Source of the DNA: Rhizodiscina lignyota
Lineage: Eukaryota
DNA: 64,000 bases
Assembly (NCBI GenBank): GCA_010015805.1
Contig: ML978141.1
Coordinates: forward strand, 186,001-250,000
Reading direction: 5' to 3'
In this document: piece by piece, positions 40,372 to 53,587 of the stretch
Layout: the number at the start of each line of letters is the position of its first letter
Position numbering within the stretch: the first letter of the stretch is position 1
Translations under genes and position numbers: made by a program
The notes under the pieces: model-generated
What the model saw: only the letters and a program-made list of their open reading frames with translations
Told to the model about the DNA's origin: nothing
The model's database searches: none

Positions 40372-41848
40372 TTTGCTATGTGCGAGAGGGTGATTTCTGC
40401 GGCAATCGAGTGTTGGCGAAGAGGATGAAGAGAGGAAGAAGCGTTGCGGTGTGACAGAAGTGCTGTTGGGCAAAAAATTCGGCACGGATGGTGGGGTGAT
40501 GGCGCAGGCGGGCAGCAGCTCAGCTTAGCTCCCTCTTCTTATACGCAATGGCGTCACTAGCCGTGCTTTGTTTTCAGTTGCTCGACTGAATTTCGATCCC
40601 GCGAGGCGTGAGCTTGTTATACGTCTGCTCCCGTACTTCATTATCCGGCACTTCTCGTCGCCTTTTCGCGCCGTCTCCCTCATTCCCTCCGGCCGCGGAA
40701 GAGAAGGCTGCGATCCCGCAAGTCCCCGATACATCGTGGACAGCGAGGTATAACATGACATTCGGCCTTGAAGTCGATGAATTCAGACCATACTCACCTC
40801 AAGACGCCCTCGCTCATACCATCGCCGCCAGCGCGGGACAGAATACGCTCTCCTCTGTAGTGGCGGCGGCTGCCGGTGCTTAGCAATGGTTTGACTCAAC
40901 GCTGCCTCTCCTCCAAACTCTTCAGTCCACACGACCGCGTTTACGAGCACTCCCAGACGAGCGTAACATAACCGATTAGCCAGCTATCTTTACCTTACGA
41001 AGGACCTGGAGCTGTTTCGGGCCCGGCTTGGTGGTAGAGTGGCTCGACTCCTTGGAAATGGACATTTCGGTCGTCTCAGGGTGAAGTCGATTGGATGCGG
41101 ATGCGAAAAGCAGCGGTATACTCACGGGTTCGCGGATGCTGACTCGCCGCCGATCACTTTGCTGTTCTTATTAATACCTTCTTACGCCTCTACAGTTCTC
41201 GATGGCTGAGTTGACTCTCCTGGGCGGCTCTCGGTCTGCTCGGCGACATTCCCCCATATATCGATGCCGCTGATGCCGCACAGGAGCTGCTTGAGTATAT
41301 GGAAGCTCCTGGCCACCTCAATGTTGCCCATAAGAAGGATGTTCCTGCCGACATACCCAGTAAGTATAAGATGACGTGTCAAATAGCCCTCCTGAACCAT
41401 TCAGGAGATATTCTGCTTTAAAGATGGAGAATTTCCGCTGTGGGTACTACGGATATCCACGCACGTGCGATGGAGTTGAAAGGCTATCTGTCCAAGTAGG
41501 TCCGTCGAGAGCGTACAGTGCCGTATGGTCAGTGATAGGAGCTACTTAAGCATACAAATGAACATATTTCCCTGCATGGAGATATTCTCCCAGGCGATCA
41601 TCTTCTCTCCCTGAACCTGAATTCTGCAAAATCGTTGCGCTGTGATTGGACGTCGCGGGCAGCGGCTAGTTCCGGGCAGCGAAGCTCTTCGCTCGTTCCT
41701 CGAAACTTCAGCAACATCCGTCACACCACCAACATCCAGCACTACCACGACTCAATTGGCGCTCCGCAGGCCGCTCCCGGAGTCCCTCACGTCCTCCTTG
41801 AGCTGCCCGCACAAACAACTCTCCACTCCAACCGCACAACAACTCGCC

Positions 41849-42603
41849 ATGCTCTTCCGTACCTCTATCGCGCGAGCTTCGCAGCTCTCCGCGTCCGCCA
41901 GCCGGCACGCTCACACCAGCCTCCTGCGCTCGCCGGCACCTCTGGCTGCATGCAAATTTCAGCAGAAGAGGTTCAATGCAGGCCATGCCATCTCCAACCC
42001 GACCCTGGCGGACATTGAGAGACGGTGGGAGTCGATGCCGCCTCAGGAGCAAGCCGATCTGTGGATGGCGCTGAGGGACAGGATGAAGAAGGATTGGAAT
42101 GAGATGACGACGCAGGAGAAGAAGGCTGGTATGTGCTATACACCTACCCTCTTTTGAATCCTGGAATATGCACTCTTAAGGTGATATCCCTTGGTGCGAA
42201 TACTTCGGCTAACGTTGTCAAAAAGCATACTGGATCGCGTTTGGCCCCCATGGCCCTCGTGCTGAGCCTCCTCCAGGTGAAGGCTGGAAGGTCTTCCGCT
42301 ACACCATGTACGGTCTGGTTGTTTCGAGCATCGTGTTCGCCATCACACGTTACTTTGCTCGTCCGCCGCCAAGGACAATGACCAAGGAGTGGCAGGAGGC
42401 GTCGAACGAGTACATGAAGGTATGTCCTCCAACCAAAAATCTATTAATCAATGAAGTATGTGCTTGAGAGCAGTGCTAATATATTACAGTCACAAAACAT
42501 CAACCCCATCACCGGTATTTCCTCCGAAGGCTACAAGGGCAGGGGCATGGTACAGAGCCGGACAGCGAAAGAGCAGGGCATCAGTCTGGAGCCAGAAGAG
42601 TAA
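41849..42603 (+). CDS. COX5: Cytochrome c oxidase subunit V (yeast Cox5 / mammalian COX4 family), 3 exons
   Basis: Exons 41849-42128, 42226-42419 and 42490-42603. Mitochondrial presequence, then IERRWESMPPQEQADLWMALRDRMK, AYWIAFGPHGPR, PPRTMTKEWQEA and NPITGISSEGYKG. Confidence 0.93.
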
Positions 42604-43251
42604 AAGTCTCTCCTCTTTTTCTCTTAAATCTTGCGTGTCGTCATTCGAGCATCGCTGGATTGCTTCGCTGTTTCCCGCCTCGTAAATCGCAATTGTATCT
42701 GTTTAATCGCGTCAAGGTGGGCAACGTCGCAGTCCACGTGAGCTTTGAAGTGGGCAGAAGATGATATCGTCCGTCCTTGTTGTAGCAGTATTTCCTTGTG
42801 CCATTGTACAGAAAATTAGAGGCATATCTCCCGACAACCATTGATTTTCTTGTGTCATATCTGGTACTCCATTTGGCCGAGGTGCCATTCAACCTTTATG
42901 CATCGTGAACGTCATGCACTAATGACATTAACCAACCCGTTTGCAAGTATGGAATTAAGGGTTTTGAGACTGAACTATGAAGCCGTGAATCTTGATTTCG
43001 TTAAAGCATAAGTCTTTTGGTATATACCGTTGATTATCTGCCAGCCAGTGCAACATTAAGCATGAATCTTCCGGGTACGACCCGGTTTTCTTTACCATTT
43101 ATTAGCAAGCTATCAGTCCTAGTCGTAACCATCTTTCGTAATCGTGAAAATAAAATATCCGAACTTTTAGCCAGACAGCCATGACTCTCACCACAGCGCA
43201 GTCAACATCGAGTGTCTCTCGCTCATTCCCAACATTGGGCCTCTCACTCAT

Positions 43252-44937
43252 TCAATCATCACCCGCCGCCGCCTCAGCAGCCTCAGCAGCAGCCTCCGCC
43301 CTCCGCTGATCCCTCCCCTGCTTCGCCCCGTTTACAGCCAACGCATCAGCAGCAACATTTCCCGGATCGTTCGCATGTCCCTTCAGCCACTTGAAATCCG
43401 TGGTCACTCCACTCTCCGTTCTTACATCGATTCTCTCAACAATCGCTTCCACGATGTCTTTGTTTTCGACGGGCTTCTTGGCAGATGTCACCCATCCGTT
43501 GTTGCGCCACGTCTTGTGCCAGATTGTCGCGCAGTTGATTGCGTAGTTTGAGTCGCTGTAGATGGTGCACGGGCGGTCGAGAGGGGTGAGGTCGAGTGCG
43601 CGTTGGATGGCGGTGAGTTCGGCGCGTTGGTTGGTTTGGCGCGGGCCGGAGAGGGGGGCGGATATGTTTCTGTCATTTACCTTTAGACTTGGGTTGTCGT
43701 ATAGGACGAAATAGGTTACGAGAATGCATATACGTACCGTGAGTCACCAGGACCGAAGAACACGCCAATTCCAGCGACTGAGCCCAGCTGGCCATTGCCA
43801 AGAGAGCTGCCGTCGGTGTAGATGTTCAACATGCCGGTAGCTGGTGGTGCTTTCGGCATGAGCTTTGTTGCGTTCATAATCTTCTCGCTCTTGTACTCAA
43901 TCTTACCAGTCTCAGGGTTCATGATGACGCGTGGATCGAAACCATCTTCTGCATCTGCAGGCAGTGGACCTTCGCCAGGGTCGTACGCGACGTCCTCATC
44001 GTCTGGAGCTTGGGCAGTAGCAACGCTTGCGTCGTCGTTCTTCCTCAGTTTCTTTGTGGCTGGAGTTTCGCTCTTGACTTTCTGGCCAGAACCTTTCTTC
44101 GACATGTCCACGCTGTCTGCTTGACCGAATGTGACCGTGACGTTGGACAATCCTTGACCGTCGGACTTGCCTGCCTTCACGAACGCATCTGCTTCCGACC
44201 TTGTAGCAAAGCTCTTGTGCTTTGGTTTGGTCCAGCCTGTTATTTGTGCTTGCGCCGTTGGCCAATCGGTGTACACGCCTGGGGTTCTGCCATTCTGTAC
44301 TGCGTAGTACTTCGTAGGCATGGAAGAGGATGTGGGAGACTTTGAGGGGGTATTGTTCATGTAGGCTTCTGCGTCGGTGAGGGAGGTGAATGACTTGACT
44401 GTGTAGACTAGCAGTTGGTCGATTGTTCACTGACGTGACTCAGGACGCTGTGTCCATATTGAAAACTCACATTCTGCCTTTTTGAAGCCCTTTATTTGCG
44501 ACAGACAATCGTTCCAACTGTGATAAATGCCAGGTTCCTTGCCTATCCTGACAGCGTAGAACTTTGGACCAGCTTCTCTCTTGCGTTTCGTGCCCGAAGA
44601 CGTGCTCGTTCTTTCCGATTTAGCTGATTTGGTGTCGTCCGCGTCTGGGAGAGATACATTTGGGGAAGCCATGACTGGTTGATAGGGGTTGGCGACGGCG
44701 TCCTTGAGGATGGATTTGTCGAACGTAGTTCGTCGAAATGAGATGGACTGGAGTAATCGAGATGTGAAAGTCGCACCTGCCACGGTTTTGATGGCCCTGG
44801 GGTTCGGAAATGACGCTACACAATTTAACGGTGGGGCTCTTGACGCTGTACGCAGAATTGTCTAGACAGAGTTCAGGAATTAGCAAAACGCGTCCAATGG
44901 TATCTCGTACAGGGCGAATGAGAAGTCTCCGATGCAT
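43252..44937 (-). CDS. RNH1: Ribonuclease H1 with two N-terminal hybrid-binding (Cauli_VI) domains; two in-frame starts (44937 and 44672)
   Basis: Exons 44937-44911, 44861-44471, 44398-43738 and 43669-43252. Motifs KFYAVRIGKEPGIY, KYYAVQNGRTPGVY, IYTDGSSLGNG, QTNQRAELTA and KWLKGHANDPGNVAADALA. Confidence 0.92.
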
Positions 44938-45458
44938 CTGGAGTCAGCGAGTGCTAGTATGGCACTCTACCAACCCATTGCGAGGATATATCCAAGCTCA
45001 AGATGATCGGACTGTTTTCAGTTGATGTCATTTAACTTTTTTTATACTCACTGAGAAACGGACCTGATAAAGTCAATTGGATTTTGATGCTGCCATCCGG
45101 ACAGTGTGAGAAGAGAGGAGCAGAGATGAGGGCTGGACTGCAAGGAAACAGGAGAGTGGGTGGGTGGTCGGCCGAACCTTGGAAGAGGAGAGAGGGGGTG
45201 CCATCACACAGGACATGGAGGTACCAAGTTACATTGTCGAGCAGCCATGCCTCTTTCGTCATAGCCGGATTTAGGATATTCTGCCCGCAGCGCACGACAA
45301 AGAAATCCATCACTTCATTCACCAAGTTGAAGGCATCTTTCCCCTTATTTAATTTCCACTGTATTTGCTTGCACAAGATGGTGACGCTTTTTCTTCGCAA
45401 AACCCATTAAAATGTCTTGCTGGCGTTGATTGCTGGATTGCTTTGCTTGAGGTTCACT

Positions 45459-46388
45459 ATGCGCTGTCTCGACACTTTAGACACTGCCGGGTATGAGCAG
45501 AGTGGGGAGGAGGTTGAGTCCAGGGCTTTGGGCCGCCAGGTACCTTTTTCTTTACTCCGTAATTTCTTTTTAAACTATTGTTCCGTCGAACGCAGCTTCC
45601 ACTGCTCCAGGAAGGCTCGAACACCTCTGCACTATCCTAGATACTGCCTCTATCTAACCGCATGTTGCGCGTCTAGCCTTCCTTCGAACCTCATAGCGTT
45701 GGTGGGCACGTGGGGTGGGAGGCTTCCAGTGCAAAAGAGAACATGTTCGAGGTATGAAATCACAGCTAAATCGAATATTGAACTGGGAGTCTTCTCATTC
45801 AGATATCTCAATTCTCTCGTGTTCTGTTTGCCAAAATTCGAGCATATGGGTTTTCGTTTTTGACACTATTCCGTTATCACCGCCATCCGACCTTCATTTC
45901 GTCCTCAAAGCTCGTGATTCTCTCCTCGATTATTTACCTTGAAACTCGTGATCATCTCCTCACAACATCCACAGGGCCGACATGCAGCAGATCGCTATCG
46001 TCTTCGCCTCCACAGGGCACGCTCTGTGATTCTCACACCAGCAGAGCTCGTTGAAATACGCGCGGCTCAACGAACTTTCGAAGGAGCATACATTCGTACA
46101 GCACTGGGCCAATTCTCCTTTGCGCTCGTTGTGCTCAAGATTTTTACGTCCGAATTCTACAGTATTGGGGCACTCTTTGCGGTGTATGGCGCCGGTGTAC
46201 TGTTCACGAGCTTGTTCAGACGATGGCAAGGCAACAAGCAGTTTTTTACTGAAGTGGGAGAGGATGGACTTCACCGCCAGAGATTCAGGACGAGTGGGAA
46301 TGTGGTCACGGTCTTGACGGCGTTGAGCGTGGCAGCGTACATTTCTCTGCTTGTTCTGACATTGAGACTCGGTACTTCAGTCCAATAG
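45459..46388 (+). CDS. DUF202-family small membrane protein
   Basis: Exon 45975-46388 encodes ELVEIRAAQRTFEGAYIRTALGQFSFALVVLKIF plus TM helices. The first exon (45459-45539, cag|gtacct, phase 0) is tentative. Confidence 0.7.
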
Positions 46389-47521
46389 CATCTTGCTCAA
46401 TCAATCATTAGGCACCTCATCATGTCTAAGCGCCATTGTTGTTGCATGCTGGTGATAGCTTCCTTTAAGAAGGTATCACTATTCATCATCTTGCCACAGA
46501 AATTCCATCATTTTCAACATGCAAAAGCACATTCAAACACTTTCTCATCAGGATCAAGACGACCGACGTCTCCCGGGGAGGCGGAATTACACGCATTCGT
46601 AATACCAAGGCGGCTCTCGTGATGCGGCTCCTTCGGATGTCGCAGTCATCGGACTTTTATATCAAATGATCTTCGAGCCCTGCATTCTCGCACGATAGAC
46701 CCTTTCACGGCGATCCATGGGCCAGTACCGAAACAGTGCTGGAGAAGTGAGAAGCTGCTTATTCTGGCAGGACTCGTGTCCCCTGATGCGTATTTTCGCC
46801 GCATCGCAGACCAGTTGCGGCTCTCCAGGTCGTGATCGGCACCGAAAGCCATCTCCGAGACATGGAGTGAGGCACCACGACGGCCTGAGCATGTGCCTAC
46901 CTGGCGTTCAGCATCACGGCGCAGATAAGCGTACAGAGTCCCTGCAGGGACTGTGGATTCTTAAGCATGCAGAGCACAGCTCACCCCAGCGTCGCTCGAC
47001 TCCGCAGGCGGCATGCTCGAACCATTGGCGAGAATGCATGCGATCGAGAGTGAGAGGCGACCTCTAGACCTTCTGTGCCCTGTGTACACTGCAACTGTGC
47101 TCCGTAACGCGCGTGGGGCGTGCAGGAAGCGCGCGTCGCCCAAGTGCGAGGGCCAGGAGCGATGAGCTAGGCGCCGGTGAAGCCTCAGTGATCGATAAGT
47201 TGGTTTATAGCATCTCGTACACTCGTGGCGGAGGAGCCGTTTGTAGTGTCGGCGCACCCACTTTATCCTGACACGATGGCGGACGGCTCCATCAACAATT
47301 TTTCCAACGGCGCTGCTGATTTCACCCGCCGCGACTGACTCACTGAGAACTCCTCTCACCTCATCTCCTCCACGTCTGCCCTCCTCTCCATCCACCGAAC
47401 CCATCTGCAATCAACAGACAATCGCATCTGGAGCGGTGTGCAGGCCCAAGACCACCAGGCTATTTACCCGCTCGGCGTGGCAGGTCAGCCCTACGGAGTT
47501 AGCCACGCCAGCAAGCACATA

Positions 47522-49829
47522 ATGCCGATGATTCAAGCTCCAATACCGCCCTCGCCTGCGCCCTCACCAGCACATCAAGCCTCTACTCCGACTTCTCCTC
47601 AGAAGCAGCCGGCGCGCAGACAGAGCCAGCATTCCGATATCGCGCGATCCGCATTGATGAACAGGCGCGCCTCGCTCGAGCTCTGCAAACCGCCTCCAAC
47701 TTCTGCGCCTCGAGAACATGCGCTCAAGTTTGCGACTCCACAGCAGCCTATGACGAACATTACAGCAGAAATAAACAGAGAATTGCGGCCTGCCTCTATA
47801 GTGAATGGCAGGCGATTGTCTAAAGATGGTGTGGGAGCTGCGCTGACCGATACTCCCCTTCCCACAGCTCCCAACAGTCCTAGAATGTGAGTTGCGCATT
47901 GGGTATCACGTTCATTTCAATGGCTGATTGCTCAATAGTCCTCCAAATCGACAGAATTCAGCCTCCTCTACTCCTCGAATACGTCCTACCACCCTCGACA
48001 TCCCTGGCCTTACCAAGTCCAAGGTCTCCCCAGATGGCAAAATTGCGCAGCGAGATGTGGGATCGAAGCTCATCATCGTCATGGTCGGTTTGCCAGCGCG
48101 TGGCAAGAGCTACATCACCAAGAAGATGACGCGCTACCTGAATTGGTTGCAGCATGACACAAAGATATTTAATGTGGGTGAACGGCGAAGGGTTGCAGCC
48201 GGCGCGCTGGAGACACCAGCATCCGCAGAGCCAATCCAGCCTGAGCGCATTGCTGCGGAGATTCTGATGAATGGACCTCCGACGCCGGACTCTCATTCGC
48301 AGCATCAAATACCGACGCTCAATCTACCAGACTCTGCTACAGCAGCTGCAAACGGATCTATTGGAGTCATTGGAGTTCCACCTTCGCCACGACCCAGTCC
48401 CGCCGCAAGTGAAGATGAGAGCCATTTAGATGTGCAAATACCGGCGCTTGATCCTCCCAAAGCAGCTCAAGATCAGACCCAGTCTCCACCGTCTCACAGC
48501 ATGGACCAGTCGGCGAACTTTTTCGATCCAGCAAACAGGCGTGCAGCCCTCATCCGCGAAAAGGCCGCAATGGATACTCTCGATGATCTTTTGGACTATA
48601 TCTTGAACAAAGGAGGATCTGTTGGCATCTTCGATGCTACCAACAGCACGATGGAGCGTCGCAAGTGGGTTATGGACATGATTCGCCAAAAGGCTGGCCC
48701 AGATATCAATGTCCTCTTCATCGAGAGCGTGTGCAAGAATGAGAATATTCTCGAAAGCAACATGCGATTAAAGTTGTCAGGACCGGATTACAAGGGCATG
48801 GATCCGGTCAAGGCGCTTGAGGACTTTAAGAAGCGCGTCGCCATCTACGAGAAGAACTACGTCCCTCTTGGCGACTATGAGGAAGAGCACAACATGCCAT
48901 ATGTCAAGATTATCGATGTCGGTCGCAAGATTATCACACACCAGCTCAACGGTTTCCTCTCTGGGCAGGCCGTTTACTATCTGCTCAACTTTAACCTCGC
49001 CCCTCGTCAAATCTGGATCACCAGGCACGGCGAGTCGGAAGACAATGTCGCAGGCAAAATCGGTGGCGATTCGGACCTCACTGCGAATGGTCGCAAGTAT
49101 GGTGAAGCTCTTGCCAAGTTTCTGGATTACCAGAAGAAAGAATGGGAGATTAAACAACGCGACAAGGCAGCAAACACCCACTGGCCTCCACATCCTGGCG
49201 ATCACACACCACCGAATCCATACTACTCTGCGGAGCTTGGCGATCCACCACCAAAGAACTTTTGCGTCTGGACTTCCATGCTCAAGCGGAGTGTCCAAAG
49301 TGCGGAGCCTTTTGAGCAGTACGAGGACGACTTTGAAGTCAAGCAGATGCGCATGCTGGATGAGTTGTATGCCGGAGAAATGGAAGGCATGACGTACGAA
49401 GAGATCCGGACCAAGCACGCGGATGAATTCGAGCGCCGCAAGCACGACAAGATGCAGTATCGATATCCTGGTCCTGGCGGCGAAGGCTACTTGGATGTCA
49501 TCCATCGCCTGAGGCCTGTCATTGTTGAGCTCGAGCGAATGACGGACCACTGCTTGCTCATTACGCATCGCTCTGTTGCCAGAGTGCTGTTGGCGTACTT
49601 TAAAGGCCTTAAGAGGGACGATGTGGCGGATTTGGATTGTCCGCTTGGTATGCTCTACATGCTTGAGCCGGTAATTTCCATTCACCATATAGTATTGTTC
49701 CTCGGATAAGCTAACATGAAACAGAAACCATACGGTGTCGAGTTTAAGGCCTACAAGTACAACGCCGACAAGGACTGGTTCGATGAACAGCCTAACTTTG
49801 AGCTCCGTCGCTCGTCGAATTATCACTAA
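47522..49829 (+). CDS. PFK26: 6-phosphofructo-2-kinase/fructose-2,6-bisphosphatase (Pfk26-like), 3 exons
   Basis: Exons 47522-47886, 47939-49670 and 49724-49829. Walker A VMVGLPARGKSY, DATNST, and histidine-phosphatase motif WITRHGES. Confidence 0.93.
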
Positions 49830-50322
49830 TCATCTTTACTTCGCCGTTTTATACCCATTCTTATCCTCCGATCCGGCATAGATGCTCCGTCTAGATGATG
49901 ATTCTATCAAACCCTAGATCGCTCTGCGAGTACGCATACATTGGCGTTTTTGTTTACTTTTGGCTTCCTCACGGACTAAGGTTGGGTGGATGGGAGCGAC
50001 CTACACATTTACATGGTTGGGGTTGGATTTATTCTTTCAACGCGCTCATTTCTTACCTTTGCGGTTTCTCGGTGCCCTTGGGTTCGTGGTGGATGGACCG
50101 GCCATATCGCTCAGAATCCTTTTAATCGGCGTACTGTCAACGATTTTGATGACCTGGGAGGTTATACATTGCTTTGGTTTATTATTGCTACCGCACCGTT
50201 ACAATTGTACAATATCGCACACAATTCGCTCTTCTTCAAAGTAGAAGAACTGCATCAATACAACACCTTCGCATTCAGCATTTGGTAAATCCACACAACA
50301 TTCATTGCATTGAATCTGTCCG

Positions 50323-51156
50323 CTATTTCTCCCCAACCCCAACCCAAATCTGATACTCAAACTCTAATCCGCCTTTTCTTTCCGCCAGCTTCTCCCTTAG
50401 CAACTCCTCCCACCTCCCTTTCTCCTCATCGCTCATCCCTCCCCGCGCCAACTGCTAAAAGTCACCGCCCAAATCCTGCACCACCTCCTCCACGTCGCGA
50501 TACGCATCCAGAAACGTAACTACCTCGATCCTCACCCTTTCGGGCGCGAACCCGCCCTCTTCAAACTGCCGCCTCAACCATCCCTCAGTCCCCCACTCGT
50601 CGTTAAACCCGGGCGGGAACGACGACAGATCAGAGTTGATGGCTTTACGCACCTCACGCGCTAGAAGCAGCACCGGCTGCACCTTGAACGTCGTCACCAG
50701 CGCGGTTCCACCGGGCTTCAACGTGCGGTAAATTGCGTTGGTGCCGTGGCCAAAGATCCCAAAGTTCGTGATGCTGTGCGTGAAGATTGCGTCATCTAGT
50801 CCGGAGAGATCCTTCCCATCGCAGACGAACGCTTCGACTTCCTTCCAGCCCTCGACAGTGGCGATTCGGTTACGAACGACATCGATCATCTGCGGGCTCA
50901 GATCTGTTGCGTAGATCTTGGGTGGTGTCTGCCCGGCGGAGAGGCCTTGCGTGATGAGTTCGCCGGTCACGATGCCAGGGCCGCAGGCGTTGTCGTGGAC
51001 AATGGATGAAGGGGTGACGGGTGGGAGGTACTTCTGAGCATGAAGGAAAGCGGGATATGTTGGGGTGCGGGTACCGCGCGGGTTCTTTTCGTAGGTCTGC
51101 GCAGCTTTGGCGTAGAAGTCTTTCAATTGGGGGTCGAGAGAGGTGGGCTGAGACAT
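50323..51156 (-). CDS. Class I SAM-dependent methyltransferase with an internal in-frame TAG at 50455-50457
   Basis: SAM motifs VHDNACGPG, YATDLSPQMI, FTHSITNFG and TLKPGG. The frame continues 43 codons past the TAG to a second TAG at 50323-50325. Confidence 0.8.
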
Positions 51157-51723
51157 TGTGGTGGAGTGAGTTGAATATGGAATGGTACGAGACGGGCAGT
51201 TGTTGAACAGTAATGAGGAAGCGGTATGAGAATAGTGAGAAGTTTTGAGACGTTTTTCTCGGTACTACTCCAAGAATGCCTTTCGATTGCGAATCTTCAA
51301 CTGCCCCTTTTGTATATCAAAAGTTTCCGAAAAGTCTCCTGTTAATGCTATCGCAAACGGAAAATTTAAATCAGAATATAGAAATGATTGGGTAGATGCA
51401 AAGGAAGGCATGAAGCGTGAAAGATGGAGGACATCAGGGTAATGGATGGCTGAAATGTGAACGAATACCTGTACAGCTAGCTACCTTGATCTCGTCTCGG
51501 ACGAATCAAATCTCGACGCCTACACAAATATGTCTGAAGCTAGTGAATCGTTCTAAAGGCTTTTGAGAGATACCCTATTGTACCCATTCGTTTCGATTCA
51601 GACCTGAATTTATCCGCAAAGGCCATTTCGTTGACCTTGTCATTGCAACGCTCATACTGACTTGCTTTTCGCATCCATGCCAGCCCGTAAACCATAAGTC
51701 ATGGCGCCCGCAAAACCTGCGCT

Positions 51724-52663
51724 CTAAACATCGACAGCATCAACAGTAACTCCCTTCTGCCAGGAGTACTGGAGCGTGGTTGCAACCTCGACAGCCGACT
51801 CCTGAGAAACGAGGGCGGCCACAAGGTACAGCGAAGCATCCAGACCTGTGCTGATGCCTCCGCTTGTAATGACCCTCAGACCACCAAGGCGAATGGTAGC
51901 CCTGCGAATGATAGACTCCCGCCTCCTGGACTCCTTCCAGGCGTTGCTGCCCTTACGAGCAAGCGCAATCGATTGTCGCCTGCCATCCGGCTTCCTCGTC
52001 AAGATGAACGGGTTGTCATCGGGATTCTCGCCCAAATCGAAGCGCGCGTTGTTGACGACGTAGCGCTCCTCCATCACGTCCGTCTGCTCCAGATCGCCCT
52101 TGCGTGCAGCCTCCTGGCACAATATCTCCAGCTTGGTGTAGTAGTTCGGGTGGGTAGTGGCGGCGAGGCCCTGCAGGACACCGGCTTTGGCGAGGAAGAG
52201 CGAACCCGTGCAGATGGAGAGCAGTGTGCGCTCCTTGGTGGGGTCCTTCTGCTGCATCTGCGTCCATGCCTTGATCAGAGGAATCGGCTCGGACTCGCTG
52301 GCCAACACTTCGTCGGTGCCGCCGCCAGGCACAACGAGGACGTCAAAGTCGTCGAGACGGTCGTTGGCCTCTTCGAAATCGATGTGAGCGCGGAGGCTGG
52401 CGCCCTGGTTGGTGACGGTGTGTTCGCTGGAGGAGACAAAAGTGATTTTGAAGGCCTTGGTAGCTAAATAAGATATCGTTAGTGCTCAAATAAACGGTTT
52501 CTCGCTTGAATGGATAACAACCTGGATTCTTGGGATCATGGCGAGCGGTATCAAGAACTTCGAGAGGACCAGCAAAGTCCAGCGTGTCCATGCCCTTGTG
52601 CATGGTGATCAGGACCTCGATGGGGGTGATGGAGCCATCGTTGCTGTCGTCGATTGCACTCAT
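51724..52663 (-). CDS. DJ-1/PfpI (class I glutamine amidotransferase-like) family protein, 2 exons
   Basis: Exons 52663-52522 and 52463-51724. Motifs MDTLDFAGPLEVL, DVLVVPGGG, nucleophile LSICTGSLFLA, ATTH and ITSGGISTGLDA. Confidence 0.9.
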
Positions 52664-53587
52664 CTTGAAGGACGTCTTGACTTTTGAGATGGATTGAGCT
52701 GGGACAGAGTGTTGAAGCAGTTAACTTGAGTCCACGTGTGTTGTTGTGCGTAAGATTTCGAAGAGAGAGCTGAGCAACTTGGCACAAGCCCGCCCCGGCC
52801 CCGCCCCGCCACGCTTACCCCACGTTTCCCCAGCTCCACCAAGAGTGTGGGGCCGCCCAGCCCTAACCCTGCTTCACGACCTCCTGCTTCTATTTCGTTC
52901 TCAAATCTTCTTCTTGATCTTTCAATGGAACAAAATTATACCATTATTTCACCCATCCAACCCTTTTTGATTGAGATGAGGCTAGCTACAATATTCGAAT
53001 CATAATGGCCTCCCTACCAAGCAAACTATCGGCTTCAAGAGGAGCACGCGACACGAAGAATAGCGCTCCTGTCTGCGACTTTCTATCCTCCTCCCTGGCC
53101 GTTATGTTATGATGCTAGTTTGAGTATCGACAGCATTACCGCCCGAGATTAACAGCTACTTAATCTGTATCCTGACTGGCGTTGTTCGCACGAAATTACT
53201 CGAGAATCTTGATAAAATCTCCGACGCCAAGTCCAAAAGCCATTGGGAGTAGAGCGCGTTCAGATCTTTCGTTTCTGTGAGGCGTTTGAAATCGCAAGGC
53301 TCAGAGCGGCGAAAGGTAGAGCACAGCAAGGAGTTGACGATGCAACCGACAGTCACCATGTGAGCCACAGCATATTAGCACGAGACTGGACTATGCTGGC
53401 ATTGCTCTCATTCAAAGAAAATCACCATCATCGCCTCTTTTGCCGACCAAAGTAATTACCTCGTGTTCAGAAGCATTCATCCTGGGCTGCAAGACGCTCA
53501 TTACTATTTATACAGTCCACACACGATACTGTGAATGCCATCGACATTATCTACAAACGTATTTACTTAAATGTACGAGATTACAAC

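Noticed and set aside
40750..41600. Possible ncRNA or small gene between GAPDH and COX5
   Set aside because: No snRNA, RNase P/MRP, SRP or tRNA signature was recognised; it is likely divergent promoter sequence.
44781..44861. Non-AUG (GTG/CTG/ATT) initiation of RNH1
   Set aside because: Better explained by the upstream ATG micro-exon and canonical intron.
48777..49826. Long antisense ORFs (here and at 15263-15991, 39714-40205, 60665-61255)
   Set aside because: They are shadows of codon bias on the opposite strand of well-supported genes.
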